From: Nemertoderma westbladi
Lineage: Eukaryota > Animalia > Xenacoelomorpha
Reading direction: 5' to 3'
Assembly (NCBI GenBank): GCA_032718475.1
Contig: JAUCBJ010006851.1
Span: forward strand, 1 to 64,000
Length of the DNA: 64,000 bases
The position numbers were made by a program, and so were the translations under genes. Below the pieces are notes generated by a model. It was not told the DNA's origin, searched no databases, and saw only the letters and a program-made list of their open reading frames with translations. Below, piece after piece: positions 14,000 to 27,574 of the stretch (position 1 is the stretch's first letter; every line of letters starts with the position of its first letter).

Positions 14000-14621
14000 G
14001 GATCCACTTTAGGTTCTTTCTATAGGAGAGTTGGGCTACTTTTACAATTGCGACTAGCTACTGTAAACATACTTTAGCAGTAACATTCACCTATAAACGC
14101 ACAAATTCCAACACAACTGTCACCAATTGTACACATACAGGCCATTTGTCCGTTAGTCAGTGCCTTCCAGAATGTCACGTTATTACTGTGTATCCTTGGA
14201 TACTAACAGTGTGCTATGTATTCTCTGTGCTATGCAATGGGACAAGCTTTCTATTGTTCTTTTAACTTGCTTCTAATTCTATCGTGGGTGTTGCTATGGT
14301 GACATTATGGAAAGCTAGCGGTAGAATTAGGGTAATTCTCATGCATACAGATCTGGGATGCTATTTAATAGTAATTCTTTAATTGTCAATATCCTCTTTA
14401 TACATGATTTTATTAATTTTGTCGGCTATTGACTATATGTCGGAGATTCTTGCACTCTAATACCCTCAAGAGGATGAATCTCCGCTCCCATGATCTATTA
14501 ATTAATGGAATTTTGGGAATGTTATAAATTGCACAAAATGACAATTTATGAAATTCATTTAAGATATGAATTTAAATTTATTCCCGTGAATTTTATTATT
14601 TGATGGTAAAATTGACACAAT

Positions 14622-14893
14622 TTTATTCCAGAGCATGTCTGGGGACCTAGGATCCTTAATTCTATAAAATTGTCTTTTAAGAGTATCGGTAAGCGCTGCG
14701 ATATCTTAATTGACTAGAAATTTTAAAGGATCTGAATTTCACAGATTTTAATAAATATTAAATTAATATTTAAGATAGGCACCGATTTATTCCAGAACTT
14801 GTCTGGGGACGTTAACCACTGATTCTAGAATTTGTCTTTCAAGTATATCGGTGGGTGCCGCGATATCTTAATCGACTAGAATTACAGATGGTC
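14622..14893. repeat. Two diverged copies of a ~110-nt hairpin module (14622-14733; 14786-14893)
   Basis: Shared tttattccaga..gtctggggac..ttgtcttt..tatcggt..gcgatatcttaat.gactagaa, with stems preserved. Confidence 0.75.
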
Positions 14894-15422
14894 AAAAGGT
14901 TTAACAGATTTATTTGCGTTTTACACTACTGTTATAGGGACATCACGCTACTATATGTATTATTTAATATAAAGTAGAAGAGCAATATCGCACGAAGCAA
15001 TGTCAGTGTGAAGAGGCAAGTCGTTTCCAAGGTCTACCCAGAGCTTGGTTTAGCCGAGACACGAGGATCTGAACTTTGCATTCCTAATACTCTGCCTACC
15101 GATAATACTTAAATATAGTAGGAGCTTTATTGTACTTTAATAAGTACTGACATGTCATCTTACATGTAGTCTCGTATTTATAATATAATACGGACAGTAA
15201 GGAACAAGAAAGAATTATTTCTCGCCGTCATATTAAATATATATTATGTGTAATTACGTAATAAACACTAATATATTGCACTAACCTACTAAATAATCTA
15301 AAATAACATTCTACTAAATAAAATTAAATAAAACGATTATAATAAAATACATAACAACGTTCGCATATAAAATATAATAAAAATAGATAGAATAATATAG
15401 TCATGCACCCACTCCAGACGTA

Positions 15423-18400
15423 TCACGTTGGGGAGTCCCTAGATGTTTGAGGAATTAGGGAGGTGGTCGTGGGAAGAGTGTCTTGTCTTCCATAGTTTCT
15501 GGAGAGTTCTCTGTCTCTTTCCAGTAAACATAAACGACCCACTGGGCGGTTGAGCTGTTGCGTCTCAAAGATTATGCCTGGCTTCTTGAAGTTACGTCGC
15601 ATGACGACGAGTTCTACCGAGCGCACTAAACCATCATCCGAGATGTGAGTCTCGATGATACGACCTGTCTGCCACCGTTTACGTGGAAGGTCTGAATCTA
15701 CAATAAGCACCATATCTCCGGCGCTGACGTTTTCTTGCTGCGCAAACCACTTAGTTCGAAGTTGTAGCGTGGGCAGGTAATGTTTCTCGAAATGGTCAGC
15801 GAAACGACGGGATAGCAACTGCATAAGTTGCCAAGTTCGACGGCAGTATTCGTCTCCGTCGGTAATCTCCGATCGTGGGAGCATGGCTACAGGTTTCTTC
15901 AGTAGAAAGTGCGCGGGTGTTAGCGCTTCCAGGGAATCGGGACTCGATGAGACTGGCATAAGCGGTCTCTCGTTGAGATAGGCAGCTATTTCCTCCATTA
16001 ACGTCCGCAAAAGTTCGTCGGTGAGATACGCGCGGCATGGCACTATAAAGTGAAATGCGGTCTTGACACTTCTAATTAATCTCTCCCAACTTCCTCCCCA
16101 CCAAGGGGCGTCGGCGGTGTTGAAGGTCCAGCTAGACGCTGTTATCCTTACCTGATCGTCCACCTGTCTTTGGTTCCAGTCCTTCACGTAAGCCTGGATT
16201 TCGTTGTTGGCACCAATGAAGTTCGTTCCCTTATCCGATCTCATGGTATTACTAGTCCCGAAGCGAGCGATCTGTCGGCATAAACTTAAGACGAAGCTGT
16301 TGGTAGATAGATCGTTCACCATATCGAGATGGATGGCTCTACAAGTCATGCATACAAAGATGACACACCATCTCTTGACTATAGTCCTAGCACGATATAC
16401 TTCAATAGGGCCAAATAAATCTACACCAGTATTAGTAAAAGGTGGTTCATAGAAGCTTACTCGTTCCCTAGGTAATTCTGCCTCTCGCTGTGTTAAAGGC
16501 CTACTGAATGCTTTCCTACAGGGTATGCAGTTCCTAAGAACTTGGTTCAGAGCTCTACGGGGTTTATAAAAATAATAGCGAGTTCGGATTTCGCTAAGAA
16601 CTCGTTCTCTACCAGCATGATAAAGTTTACTGTGAACATCTACAATCATCTTGATTTGTACTTCAAGATTTCTAATGAGTATGGGGAATTTAGTGTCAAA
16701 GGATAATGGCGCATTGGTGAGTCTTCCTCCAACACGTATTAACCCATCTATCATTGTGCTAGAGAAGCGATCCCTTAAGCTCATCTGCGGATTTCTCAAC
16801 AACAGGAAATACTTATCGGAATCCTCATAGCATTGCAGGAGTCTCAGTATCTGCTTATTGGTTTCTTCATGCTCCTGATAACTGATTTTTTCCTTTAGGA
16901 ACCGGTCGGATGTCTTATATTTGGGTAAATTTTTAATAACATGAACTTGCGCAGATGTCAATGGAACGATATCACTAATGGTCTTCGTCCTGGAGTAGTG
17001 ATGATGAAAACATCGCCTTAAATATGTGACGGCTTTACAGAGCCGATTCCAGGAACTGTAGTGATGCATTGCTCTCTGCAGCAGGGGTGAGATTCCTTGC
17101 GAGACGTCTGGTATTCCAGATTTCCAATCTATCTATTCCTATCTCTAATTTCCACAACAGACTTATTTGTGGCGAGGGATTGTGGATCCGAAGCATCATT
17201 TCCGGAAGTATGTAATACAGATAGATCGATCGCAGGTTTAAATAACTTCGATTTACTCGCCCGGGTTTTAGGTTTGACTTTCTCCGCTCCCTTGGCTTGT
17301 CTAATCTCCGCCGTAGTAAGGTGAGGAGGCCATTCATCCTCTTCCTTGCTCAGGAAGTCGGGTCCACCCAACCAGTCTGGAGTATCTATCAGTTCCTGTG
17401 GAGTCGCTCCCCTGGAGGCGATATCGGCTGGATTAATCGTACCAGGGCAATGTCTCCATTGATCTATCTTTGTGCGACTAAGAATAATAGCTACCCTGTT
17501 AGTAACAAAAACGCTGAACTGACAGACTTCATTGGTTATATACTCCAACACGAGTAAAGCGTCGGTCCAATAAACAGTTTTCTCCAGTGGATAGTCGATT
17601 TGTTCTGTCATGTTCCGGCCGATGGCTGTAGCGTATAAAGCCGCTTTTAACTCCGCTCGAGGAACCTTTAACTTGTTGTTAATCAATGCCTTAGAGGTAA
17701 CCAAGGCGACTTTGATTCCATCCGGAGTTTCGACTGGCAGATATGCTACTATACCTATTCCCATGTCGCTGGCGTCTCCAAACACGTGGAGTTGATAGGA
17801 ATACGTAGGGAGAACATGACCAAAATATGCACGGGAAATTACAAAGCTCTCGATGGCAGGTAGAGAATCTTCCCATTTCATCCACTTCTTTAACAGTTCT
17901 CCCTTAAGTGGATCGTCCCATGAGTGGTTTTCAAGCCACATTTGTTGTACTAAACTCCGAGCAATCAATATAACTGGGCTAATAAATCCCAATGGGTCGA
18001 AATAAGTGCTCAGGATACTTAAACAAATCCGTTTGGTCCGAACTGGATTATCTCGCTGTTTTAGCTGAAAAAACAGGATATCTCTTTCTGTGTCCCACTT
18101 CAAGCCAAGCGTCTTGGTTTCTGGAAGATCGTCCTTTATTAAGTCTAGGTCTTTCGTTCCTCGGTCTTCTACCGGTATCGCTTCCAGAAACTTACGGGAG
18201 TTGCTAGTGAATTTCGTCAGTCGAAATCCACCTCTTTTCAAACACTCTACCGTTCCTTTCGCGACATCAATGGCTTCTTCTACTGATGGAAGGGACTTTA
18301 AATTGTCGTCCATGTATATATCGCGCTTGATGTTGTCTATCACCTCTTTGGAGAAGGCGTCTCGGTTGTCATTCGCAGTGGTCCGCACCACGGAGCAGGC

Positions 18401-21400
18401 GTTGGAAGGGCTTGATATGATCCCGAAGGCCTGGATGGTCATCCAGTACTCTACCGGTTTCTGGTTGAGATCTCCTTCAGGCCACCACAGAAATCTTAGG
18501 ATGTCTCTATCTCTATCCTGCGCTTTAACTTGTAAGAACATTCATTCTATATCGGAGGCGAACGCGATGGAATATTGTCTTAATCTTAAAAGTATTCCCA
18601 ACAAAGATTGGAGTAAGTTGGGTCCTGGTAACAACTCGGAATTGAGGGATTGGCCCATATATAGAGCGGAGCCATCGAATACGACTCGTACTTCATGGGG
18701 TTTACCGGGTTTGGGAACGTAATGATGTGTTAAGTAATACGTTCTCTCAGTTACTGGTGTTCCTTCCGGTACTCGCTCCGCGTATCCCTTTGTAATGCAT
18801 TTCTTCAACTGAGTTTGGTACATCTCTTTAGCTGAAGCATTAGCCGTAAGGCGTCGATGTAATTGAGTGATTCTTTTCTCTGCCAAGGGTCTGTTATTTA
18901 TAAATCTAGGTTCTCGTTTTCGAAATGGTAGGCCGATTTCATATCTACCTTGATCTTTTAAAAAACGTGTAGTTGTTTCCTGGATTTGCTTGGCTCTTTC
19001 TTCTTCTATCGATAGGGCCTTATCGTATGAATTGGGCTCTACCAATTCTTGAGTAAAGAATTGTACGGCGAGTTCGTCCCGAGTTCTAGCGTTGTAGCGC
19101 TCTATTTCATCATTTAGTTCGTCATTGTAATCAATGGGTCCCGATGGGCGAATCAGTTGACATAGGTTCACCTGGTTTTTCCAAGTTTTGTTTTCTGTAA
19201 GTAGGTCGATCGTGTTCTCTTCATCGAAGAGTTGGTAGATGTCGTCATTATCTGAGGAGTATGGTGTTCCCTCAGTTAGTTCGTCCACCTCACTGCTCTC
19301 CACTTCCCAATCATTTACTTGGTATATTCGTTCTTGTGGTAATCTCTCTTGGAGAGTTCTGCGGGAAGGGCCAGTAAAGTACCAACCTACTCTAGTTCTT
19401 ACCGCATAGGTTTGTAGTGGCTGCGGTTGAGCAGGCCGTTTCTCCAATGTCTCGAGCGCCTCATGCGCGTTTTGGCCGATGAGTATTTGCACTCCAGGAT
19501 AATCTGTCTGGAATCGAGGTATTTTAAGCTGTTGGATGCTCTCGTCCTCGTCCCAGTTATAAGGTTCTACTTGGGTAGTAGCGAAGTTCTTTATAGCTAC
19601 CATTTTTACCGACCTTATACCTTGTGCTCCTAATTTATCCTGGGGGGTGGACAACGCACCTACATAGTAATCTGCCGTTAGGGTAGATTTCCAAACCTGC
19701 ATAATTCCGGACATATTCAACTTAGTTTGGAATTTGGGTGGTCCAGCAAAGATATCTTCGGCTAGTTCTTGATCGATGAATGTTCCTGTGCTGCCGGAGT
19801 CAAGGAGGGCGTTCACTATGTAACTTTTGTTAGGACCGTGAACTCTTACCTGCACTACAGGAAATTCTCTGATTCCTACGTTGGAAGTTGGATCTTTCCA
19901 AGATGGTTGTTTGTCAAAAGTAGTTGGGGGGAACTCATTGTCTGTGTCCTCTTCGTAAGTAAGTGCTCGATATACTGCGGTATTTATTAGGTAACAGGAT
20001 TCGTTGGCGTCGGAGAATTCGTCAGTATAGAATCCTTCCATCTCAGACTCTTGATCAGTGTCATTTACATCACTGAATTGGACATGTAGTTCGGGCTCAC
20101 TTACCTGACTCGGGTTGTTTCGTTCGAATTCACTGTGTAACAAGATGTGATGTTTCGCACCGCACTTTGCACACTTTACGTCGGAGTAACAGGTTCGCCG
20201 TTGGTGTCCTGGTCTGAGGCAATTATAGCATAACCGCTTATCCCACATGACTTCACGTCTGTCTACTAGGGATTTCTTTAGGAATTCAGCACACGCACTC
20301 AAACGGTGGGGCCCGTCGCACAGCGCACAGTTTGGTTTGATGTTACTCACTTTACCTTGGGTAACTTGATGCACTCTCGTTCTTTCTTCGGGCTTTCTTC
20401 CGTGCATTCTGTTAGGAGACTGAGGAGGAGTCTTGGCAACCTGTTCTCTCCTATCATTGGTTCGAGCCTTGTATTTACTTACGTCTTTTGAGGTTTTGTT
20501 AACGTAGTAAAATCTGTCAATGTCTTTTCCGCTGTCCTCTTCTTGAGAAGCTTGGCTTTTGCCGTCGTCAGTGTAACACACTGGTGTTACTCTTCTCCTA
20601 GAAACGGGTTTCTCACTTACCTTATTTTCCGATGTTTTCTCTCTGGACTGCTTGATGAGTTGTAGTTTTACTTCACCATCTAAGAAGGACATGAGATCAG
20701 CCATGGTAGGGCCTCGTCGTTGCTGCTCATTCATATACAACACTTTCTTATCCCAGCGTGTACATACTCCACCCTTTGGTAAAGTAGAGACTACTGCTCC
20801 AATAACCATGGAACTCTGATATTCATGAGACTTACCTAACCAGTCCAATTGTCTACAGATCTCCTGAATCTCATCGGAAAACTCTATAATCCCGCTACTA
20901 AGGAACTTTCGGGGGGCTACTAATTTTGCATACAAATACTTAGCTATGTTATCCTTGTTACCATACCTGATGTTTAATGTATCCCAAACTTGTCTTAATC
21001 CATCTGGATGTCCAATAAACTTTAACGCCATTAACTTGGGAGGTCCTTCCAAGCACTTGATGAGGAATCTAAGTTTCTCTCCGTTAGATAGTACAGAGTT
21101 CTGTATGCTATCTTTGTAATATTCATTAAAAGGTAACCATTTCATCTCATCTCCATTGAATTTGACGATTTCTCCCACTTTGACCGCTTGGCGGGCTTCT
21201 GTTCTAGCCATCTGACGCGTAAAGCTTTCTTGGGCCATCGTGTTATTTAATATCGAATTATCGGTATATAAATTTCTCGGATTATTATCAGGTCTATAGG
21301 GAATATCATTAACAACAGGTTTATAATCACCCTTAATAGGGTTTGCTATAGGAGTTTCTACTTCACTAGCAGTATAGATGCGTGTAGGCTCCACACCTTG

Positions 21401-23426
21401 CGCATGTAATACTTCAGACCTAACAGGTTGACACAATGTTACAGGGGGTATTGGTATACCCTTTTGTATATTGACTAATTTGTCGCGTTCCAGCGCGATA
21501 CTTTGCTGCACTTCTTGCAATTCTACCCTACTTTCCCTTACTGTTCCCTTGAGTTGGTGGACAGTCCCTTCTAAATCTCGGATCTGCTGTGAGGAACATT
21601 CTCGGTGCTCTCTCAGCTGCCCGAGCAAGAGACCCATCTCCCGCCGTCCCTCATCAACCCACTCGACCGCCGAAGCGGGAGTCGCCAACATTGTAGCGGG
21701 CCGACGCGGGACGACGGGAAACAAATCTTTGATTTCTCTGGGTCTCTAGCACAGGAGTGGCTTTGGGAACGACAGGCCTAATTATTTCAGGCCCATCAAC
21801 TATCGTAGGGAGTCTTTTGACCTTAATAATTTGGTCTGTGGGTTCTGTACTACCTAAGTCTGTGCTAGCTAGTTGTCTTCTAACCGCTGGGGGCAAATCA
21901 GGCAATTTGTGACGGTGAGATGTTTTTCTACGCCTGCTTAGACGAGATCTATTTCCTCCGCCTTCAGGATCGGTGGTCTCGCCTTCCTCCGATGATGTGT
22001 ATCCTTGGCGCTTGGGAGTAGATCGACTCCTCATCTGCATTTGACTAGCAGTTAACTGTTTATTTATGCAGTCTTGCGTCTCTTGCAGATATTCCAACTC
22101 CAGTTGGGTAGTCTCCTCAGACGCTCTCCGTTCTGCTTCTGCCACTGCCTTTGCTGCCTTTCTTTCCGCTTCTGCTTCTGCCATTGCCGCAGCTACTGCC
22201 TTTCTTTTCGCTTCTGCTTTTGCCATTGCCGTGGAAACTGCTGCTGCCTTTCGGTCCTCTATCCGTTTTTTCTTTACTTGTTCTTCTTGGACTCTAGCGA
22301 GGCGGAGTTTTTCATCAAATTTAGCTTGGTTTGCAGCTAACATTTCCGCATCGATTGAGTCCAATACAAGCTTGGCTCCTTCACTATTGGGGCGAAGTCC
22401 AGCCAGTCGTCTCCTCAACTCTTCATCACCTAGGAAACGTTGATAGTCTGACAGATAGATGTCTATGGCGTCTCTCGTTCGCAGTCTCTCTGCGGTCACT
22501 TCGCTTTCCACTTGAGAGAAGGTGGCATCGGTTGATTCTTCATAGGTTGGTCGCTCAGCCAGCTGGTATTTCCACTGGGCCGTTTCTTGAACTTTGAGAC
22601 CTATCCGCTGGAACCAAGTCTTGACAGCAACTTGCAGCGACATGTCCTGTCTTCTTTTGGAAGTTTCCTCAAAGGCTGATAGGATTAATCTAATGCGTAG
22701 GGTTCTTTCGCGTACTTGATAAAGCAGCTCTTCCTGCTCTTGAGGTCCTTGGGGTTGTCGAAACAGTTGTTCTTCTAATCGCTCTAAGGAGCTGAAGAAT
22801 CCCTGCACATATCCTGCTGCCGACCTCTTCCAAACAGCTGGATCCATCGTATCTTTAGTCACTCCCATCCTGTGTATGTCTTCCCAGGTAGCTTCAGATA
22901 AGTCTAACGGGGATCCGGGTCCGGGAAAGTTCCATTGTGACTCGACAATAGACATCAATTCTTCCCTGGCGTATCCCGCATAACTATCTTGGGTCGCTCG
23001 CTTACTTCTCGCCCAATCGACTTGGTGTTCCTCCACCGCAATCAATATCGTTATCAGTACTGCGGCAGGAAGGGTGAGAAGGGGATCCGAATAGGCTGTA
23101 GCCGCCATCTTCACTCCGCGTTCGGGGGTCAGCTCTACAGTATCCGAACTACTGGAGCTATCGGGTCGCTGGGAACGAGTTTCTTGACTAGGATGTTGCT
23201 GCTGTTGGACAGCTGCTTCTTGGTTCCGTTTGACCTGGGCCCGAGTGCCGATGATAGACCTACGGTGTTGGATTAGCCTAGGGTCTGATACTACTACTGG
23301 AGGGATGACTTTTCTTTCAGTAGGAGGTGAGCTGAACCCCTTTCTTAATCGCTCCACCCTCCTATCTGTGTCACAGATGGTTGTATCGATTAGGCTGTCT
23401 GACAGGTTTTGCCTAGTGTCAGACAT
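15423..23426 (-). pseudogene. gag-pol: E1 gag-pol polyprotein (coiled-coil N-terminus, Gag with Zn knuckles, PR, RT, RNase H, IN), disrupted
   Basis: Motifs CYNCLRPGHQRRTC, LLDSGS, YMDD, HVFGDAS and GVDLFGP/SDKGTNF/WERLI. Frameshifts near 21700 and 17130, and an in-frame TGA at 18542. Confidence 0.93.
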
Positions 23427-24776
23427 GCTTAGCTATACAGTTGAATGCTTACTGCTATAGTTACAGTTAAAGCAAGTCCAGTAATTCAGTATGACCGTTG
23501 GCCTAGTACCGGTAATTTATTACAGTATATTAGAATACCGGTATACACTTATAGTATATATAAGTATTGTAGACTAGGTTTGTCGCAGAATACCGGTATA
23601 TAATTTTAGCACAAATATATATAAATATATAATAGGCCTATCGTGAATACCGGTATGCAGCTTACACTTATAGTATATATAAGTATAATTATGGACTAGA
23701 ATTAATTACAGAATACCGGTATAATTTCAGCCTAAATTTATAGAAACAAAGATAATAGGTCTATCGTAAATACCGGTATATCAATTATTTAAATAACTGA
23801 ATTTCTGAAATTTAAAGGTTACTTAGTTACTTTAACTTACTTTATTACCATTATTTAAGCAGTAGTCCAACTGATATTGAGACCTAATTGTTGTATGGCA
23901 GGCCTACTCGCTTATAAACCTTTGAGTTGATTTATAATAGATATATATATGTATATACCCGTATGAGGGGTTTTGTTACAATATTGAAATAGATGTTACT
24001 ATTTCTGGGGGGAGTCACTACACAGAAGCTGTGCGCTCTCAGTGAAGTGCTACTTATTGGACACTAAAACAGATAATTCTACTTCCTAAGTTACTTATCT
24101 ACGAATTACTTACGATACGGGTGAGATTAATTCTCTAACTAAACACAACAAAATATTACGTACGAAATTTTAGGGTAATTTTACAGGAAGTCTACAAACC
24201 AGCCTAACAAAGGGTTAGAATTCTGGTTATTACAACGGACAGGGTATTACGGTATTTGAAAATAATAAGTAGTAGTAAATATGTTGCGCTGTCCAGATAG
24301 TTAAAATACCACCGTCTGACGACCTATAGCCGTATCGCTATAGGTACTAAATTATGTATCACGGAGTGTTCCTACCTGGAAGTTAATTACCGCGGACTAC
24401 CAGATCCAACGTGCCTATTAACCACTTTACAACACAATACACTGCCTACACACTAATTACTTTCGGAAAGCACTGTACACCAAACCCTAAATTAGGTACA
24501 AGTACTTATTAAAACAGATAACTAGCAGTTAAATATACTTGAACAGTTAAAAGAACCACGGCATCTGCTGGAGTGACCGGAGCACAAAGTCACCAGTGTT
24601 TACCTACGCCAAGCAGCCCGTGTAGTACCGGGGTTAATTTAACTATAACGGTATGTGTAACAAGCACAATTACTGTAGGAATAAACTTGGGGACATGAAT
24701 GTTGCGAATAATAGCATAAACTCTGAATAATAAATATTACGCTACCCGTACAGACTACTCAAACAAAATACAAACC

Positions 24777-25300
24777 AAACGCTGGCAGACTACCATCAAG
24801 CCTAAATAAACTACAGTATGTGCAGATTCCGAAATGGTTAGTTAGTATGCGTTCTAACACGGTAGTACGACTTATTCTTTAAGAGGGGATTGACCTTACA
24901 ACTCAAGATGCCCCAACTTACTAACTGGCACTTTATCAGACAAACTCTACACACGCAGCAATCTCTTCAGACCTAATAATAGCTAGACAACAATCCAGCC
25001 TACAAAATATCTGAGTAATAACTATTACGGTACCTGAACAGACCACACAAACAAACACAGGCTAAAACGCTGGCAGACTACTATCAAGCCTAAATAAACT
25101 ACAGTATATGCAGATTCCGAAATGGTTAGTTAGTATGCGTTCTAATACAGTAGTACGACTTATTTTTTAAGAGGGGATTGACCTTACAACTCAAGATGCC
25201 CCAACTTACTAACTGGCACTTTATCGGACAGACTCTACACACGCCGCAATCTCTCAAGACCCAACAACAGCCCGACAACAGTCCAGCCTACAATTATCTG
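24777..25300. repeat. ~290-bp tandem duplication in the E1 5' leader, with 33-bp repeats at 25478-25605
   Basis: aaacgctggcagacta..atcaagcctaaataaact occurs at ~24777 and ~25066. Confidence 0.9.
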
Positions 25301-25666
25301 AACAATCTGCGCAGACTTACACGTCTTCTGCTCAATATTAACTTACATGTAAATAAAACCGACAGAAATAAGTAAAATCTCAATAAAAAACCAGGGCGGC
25401 CTTTCCCTGATTAAGTACTAAGACCTACCGGTATACAATAATCAAAATCGAATAATACTAATGTACTTATACTGGAAGTACCGGTTAGGACAGTTGGGCC
25501 TACAGACCTACAGCAGTACCGATTCAGGCAGTTAGGCCTACGGACCTACAGCAGTACCGGTTCAAGCAGTTGGGCCTACAGACCTACAGCAGTACCGGTT
25601 CAGGTTTACCGGTCGACCGGTACTTTCAACTTTATTGCTTACTGCAATAAAGAAAATAACTGTTAT

Positions 25667-26853
25667 TGTACGCGCTTTTGAAGACCTTTAGCAGTTTAAC
25701 CTGCCAAAATTTATATGTCTTTTGGTTTATAAATAGACTTTAGCATATGACAAGTATTTAATACCAATAAACACATATTAGCCGAAGCCAGCCTAGTGCG
25801 CGTCCATTCACCCGCTGGATATACCCGGGAGACTGGATTCGGATGGGCTTAGATTTTTATTGCAGTGTAAGCTTACGGTATTATTCGATTGATCGTTAAT
25901 AAATAATCTCAGACGAATATTATTCACTTTCGGGAAATATTAACAGTTCCTTTAGGACGTGGCGCTCTATCTAGGTAAACAGAGATATGACTTATACTAA
26001 ACACAACGGTAAGACGGTAAGGCTTATGATTCACGTATGAGGCGCATTCTTTAGGAAATGCTTAGTTATCAGCCACAATCATGCACACTACCGGTACCGC
26101 ACAATACTGCACACCAATCTGCCGACCGTCAATGAATTTTATCATACATAAAGAGAACAGCAATTGCCTCATGTAGTGCCTATCTAATAGCATTAAATTC
26201 ACTACAAACCACGATAATATAAGTCGCAATCGCTATATGTAACCTGTCTCTCTAACCTGTAGTGTATCAAGAAAATTGGGAAATTTGGGTTATTTATCGA
26301 TGTTCTCCAAGTAATAATATTCAACCAACTGATACAAATATTGACAGCAGTAAATAGCAGTATAATAATGTATGTTGCACTGAACTGTATGCTGTAAGAC
26401 TGAACTGATTGGGTTGATAACAGTTATACGTTCTATAATCTAAGCCTACTAATGTTTCTTCTAAAGTCTGAAATCAATTGACTCCAGAGCCGGTGTTCTT
26501 GGCCTAGATAGAAACAACACAACTCAAAACTAAAAAACAGTAAGACAGAACACTCCTAGCACGATCTGTAGAATATCTCCACGTCGACAGTAAAAATCGC
26601 CCTGATTGGCTGTTAAGCTGAACAAAGAACCATGTGTCCAACGGCCGTTTCCATGCCAGCAACCAGCTGTTAGATGTCGTAATCTGAATCATCAAGGCTA
26701 CACTGTGCTAGAGGATTTGACGCATTGCGGGTTTTGTGCCTTGCCATGTCCGCCAAAGCACACATATAGAAGAATGACTTTTATGTCCGTTAAAACACCT
26801 ACAACGGTACTTGGCGGGCAAGGGGACTGATTATATCCGCAAAAGCTTTTACA
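25667..26853 (-). repeat. E1 5' LTR
   Basis: Direct repeat of 10945-12131. Confidence 0.97.
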
Positions 26854-27574
26854 TCTCTTTTAATTTTCGAGTTATCGCTGTCTGTCCGTCTGTCTCGTTT
26901 TGGTCTGTCTGTTAGAAGACTGACATTAGCAATAAATTTACCGACCACGAAAACCCCCACAGAGAAATTTTTATCTATATTGTGCGAATTATTCTATTTT
27001 GACGGACAGACCGACCGACTGACAAACTGGCTCACAGACAGACATCAGATAGTCAGTTAGAAGACTAGATTTTCCAAAAAATTGAAAACTGACATCAGAA
27101 ATATCAGTATCATCAGTATTATTTTGGTCTGGTATCCTTCCGCATAGGCAGACTTACTTTATCATATATTCTTTCATATTCACGCATAAATAATTGGAGG
27201 GAAGGTTTAAAATTTAAAGGCCATTATCGGAATTACATTTTTTCACACAAAAAACACTATCCTCCGCAATTTCATAACCTTTTTTTGTGATTTTTGATTT
27301 TTATGAAAGGAAATTTAATAAGCTTTAATAATTCTTCGGCCACTTTTTTTGATTTCAGAATATTTCCGCATTTTTTTAAAAAGAAAAACCATAAAAAACC
27401 GTAAATTTTTTTCAATTTTTAAAAAATTTGAATTTTTTTTTACAAAATTACCAATTATCAGATATAGAAAATAAAAATAAAAAAAGTGTCCGAAGAATAT
27501 GATGAAATTTAACATGCTGGTTCTCAAAAATGTGGTATCGTGGTAATGTGGAATCTAAAAATGTGGTAATGGTG

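Larger units (their letters stand above)
10945..26853 (-). mobile_element. E1: full-length BEL/Pao LTR retrotransposon (~15.9 kb) with an extra 3' ORF
   Basis: Two 1187-bp TG..CA LTRs, a 5-bp TSD TCTCT (10940-10944 / 26854-26858), and gag-PR-RT-RH-IN order with BEL/Pao motifs. Confidence 0.97.
10860..27160. mobile_element. Older HINE/DINE-like repeat interrupted by E1 (flanks ~10860-10944 and 26859-27160)
   Basis: Removing E1 joins agcaagatctct|tttaattttcgagttatcgctgtctgtccgtctgtc. (GTCY)n and (GACR)n tracts are typical of such repeats. Boundaries are approximate. Confidence 0.35.

Noticed and set aside
15015-15085. HDV-like ribozyme (minus-strand AGA-UCCUCGUG-UCU resembles P3/L3)
   Set aside because: I could not place a P1 strand followed by the GG of P1.1, or a convincing P2. 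It may still be part of the structured spacer.
17100-21750. Programmed frameshift or readthrough in E1 gag-pol (21700, 18542, 17130) and E5 pol (47381)
   Set aside because: No slippery heptamer, the stops fall inside conserved domains, and E3 shows the native single ORF, so these are best explained as decay or sequence error.
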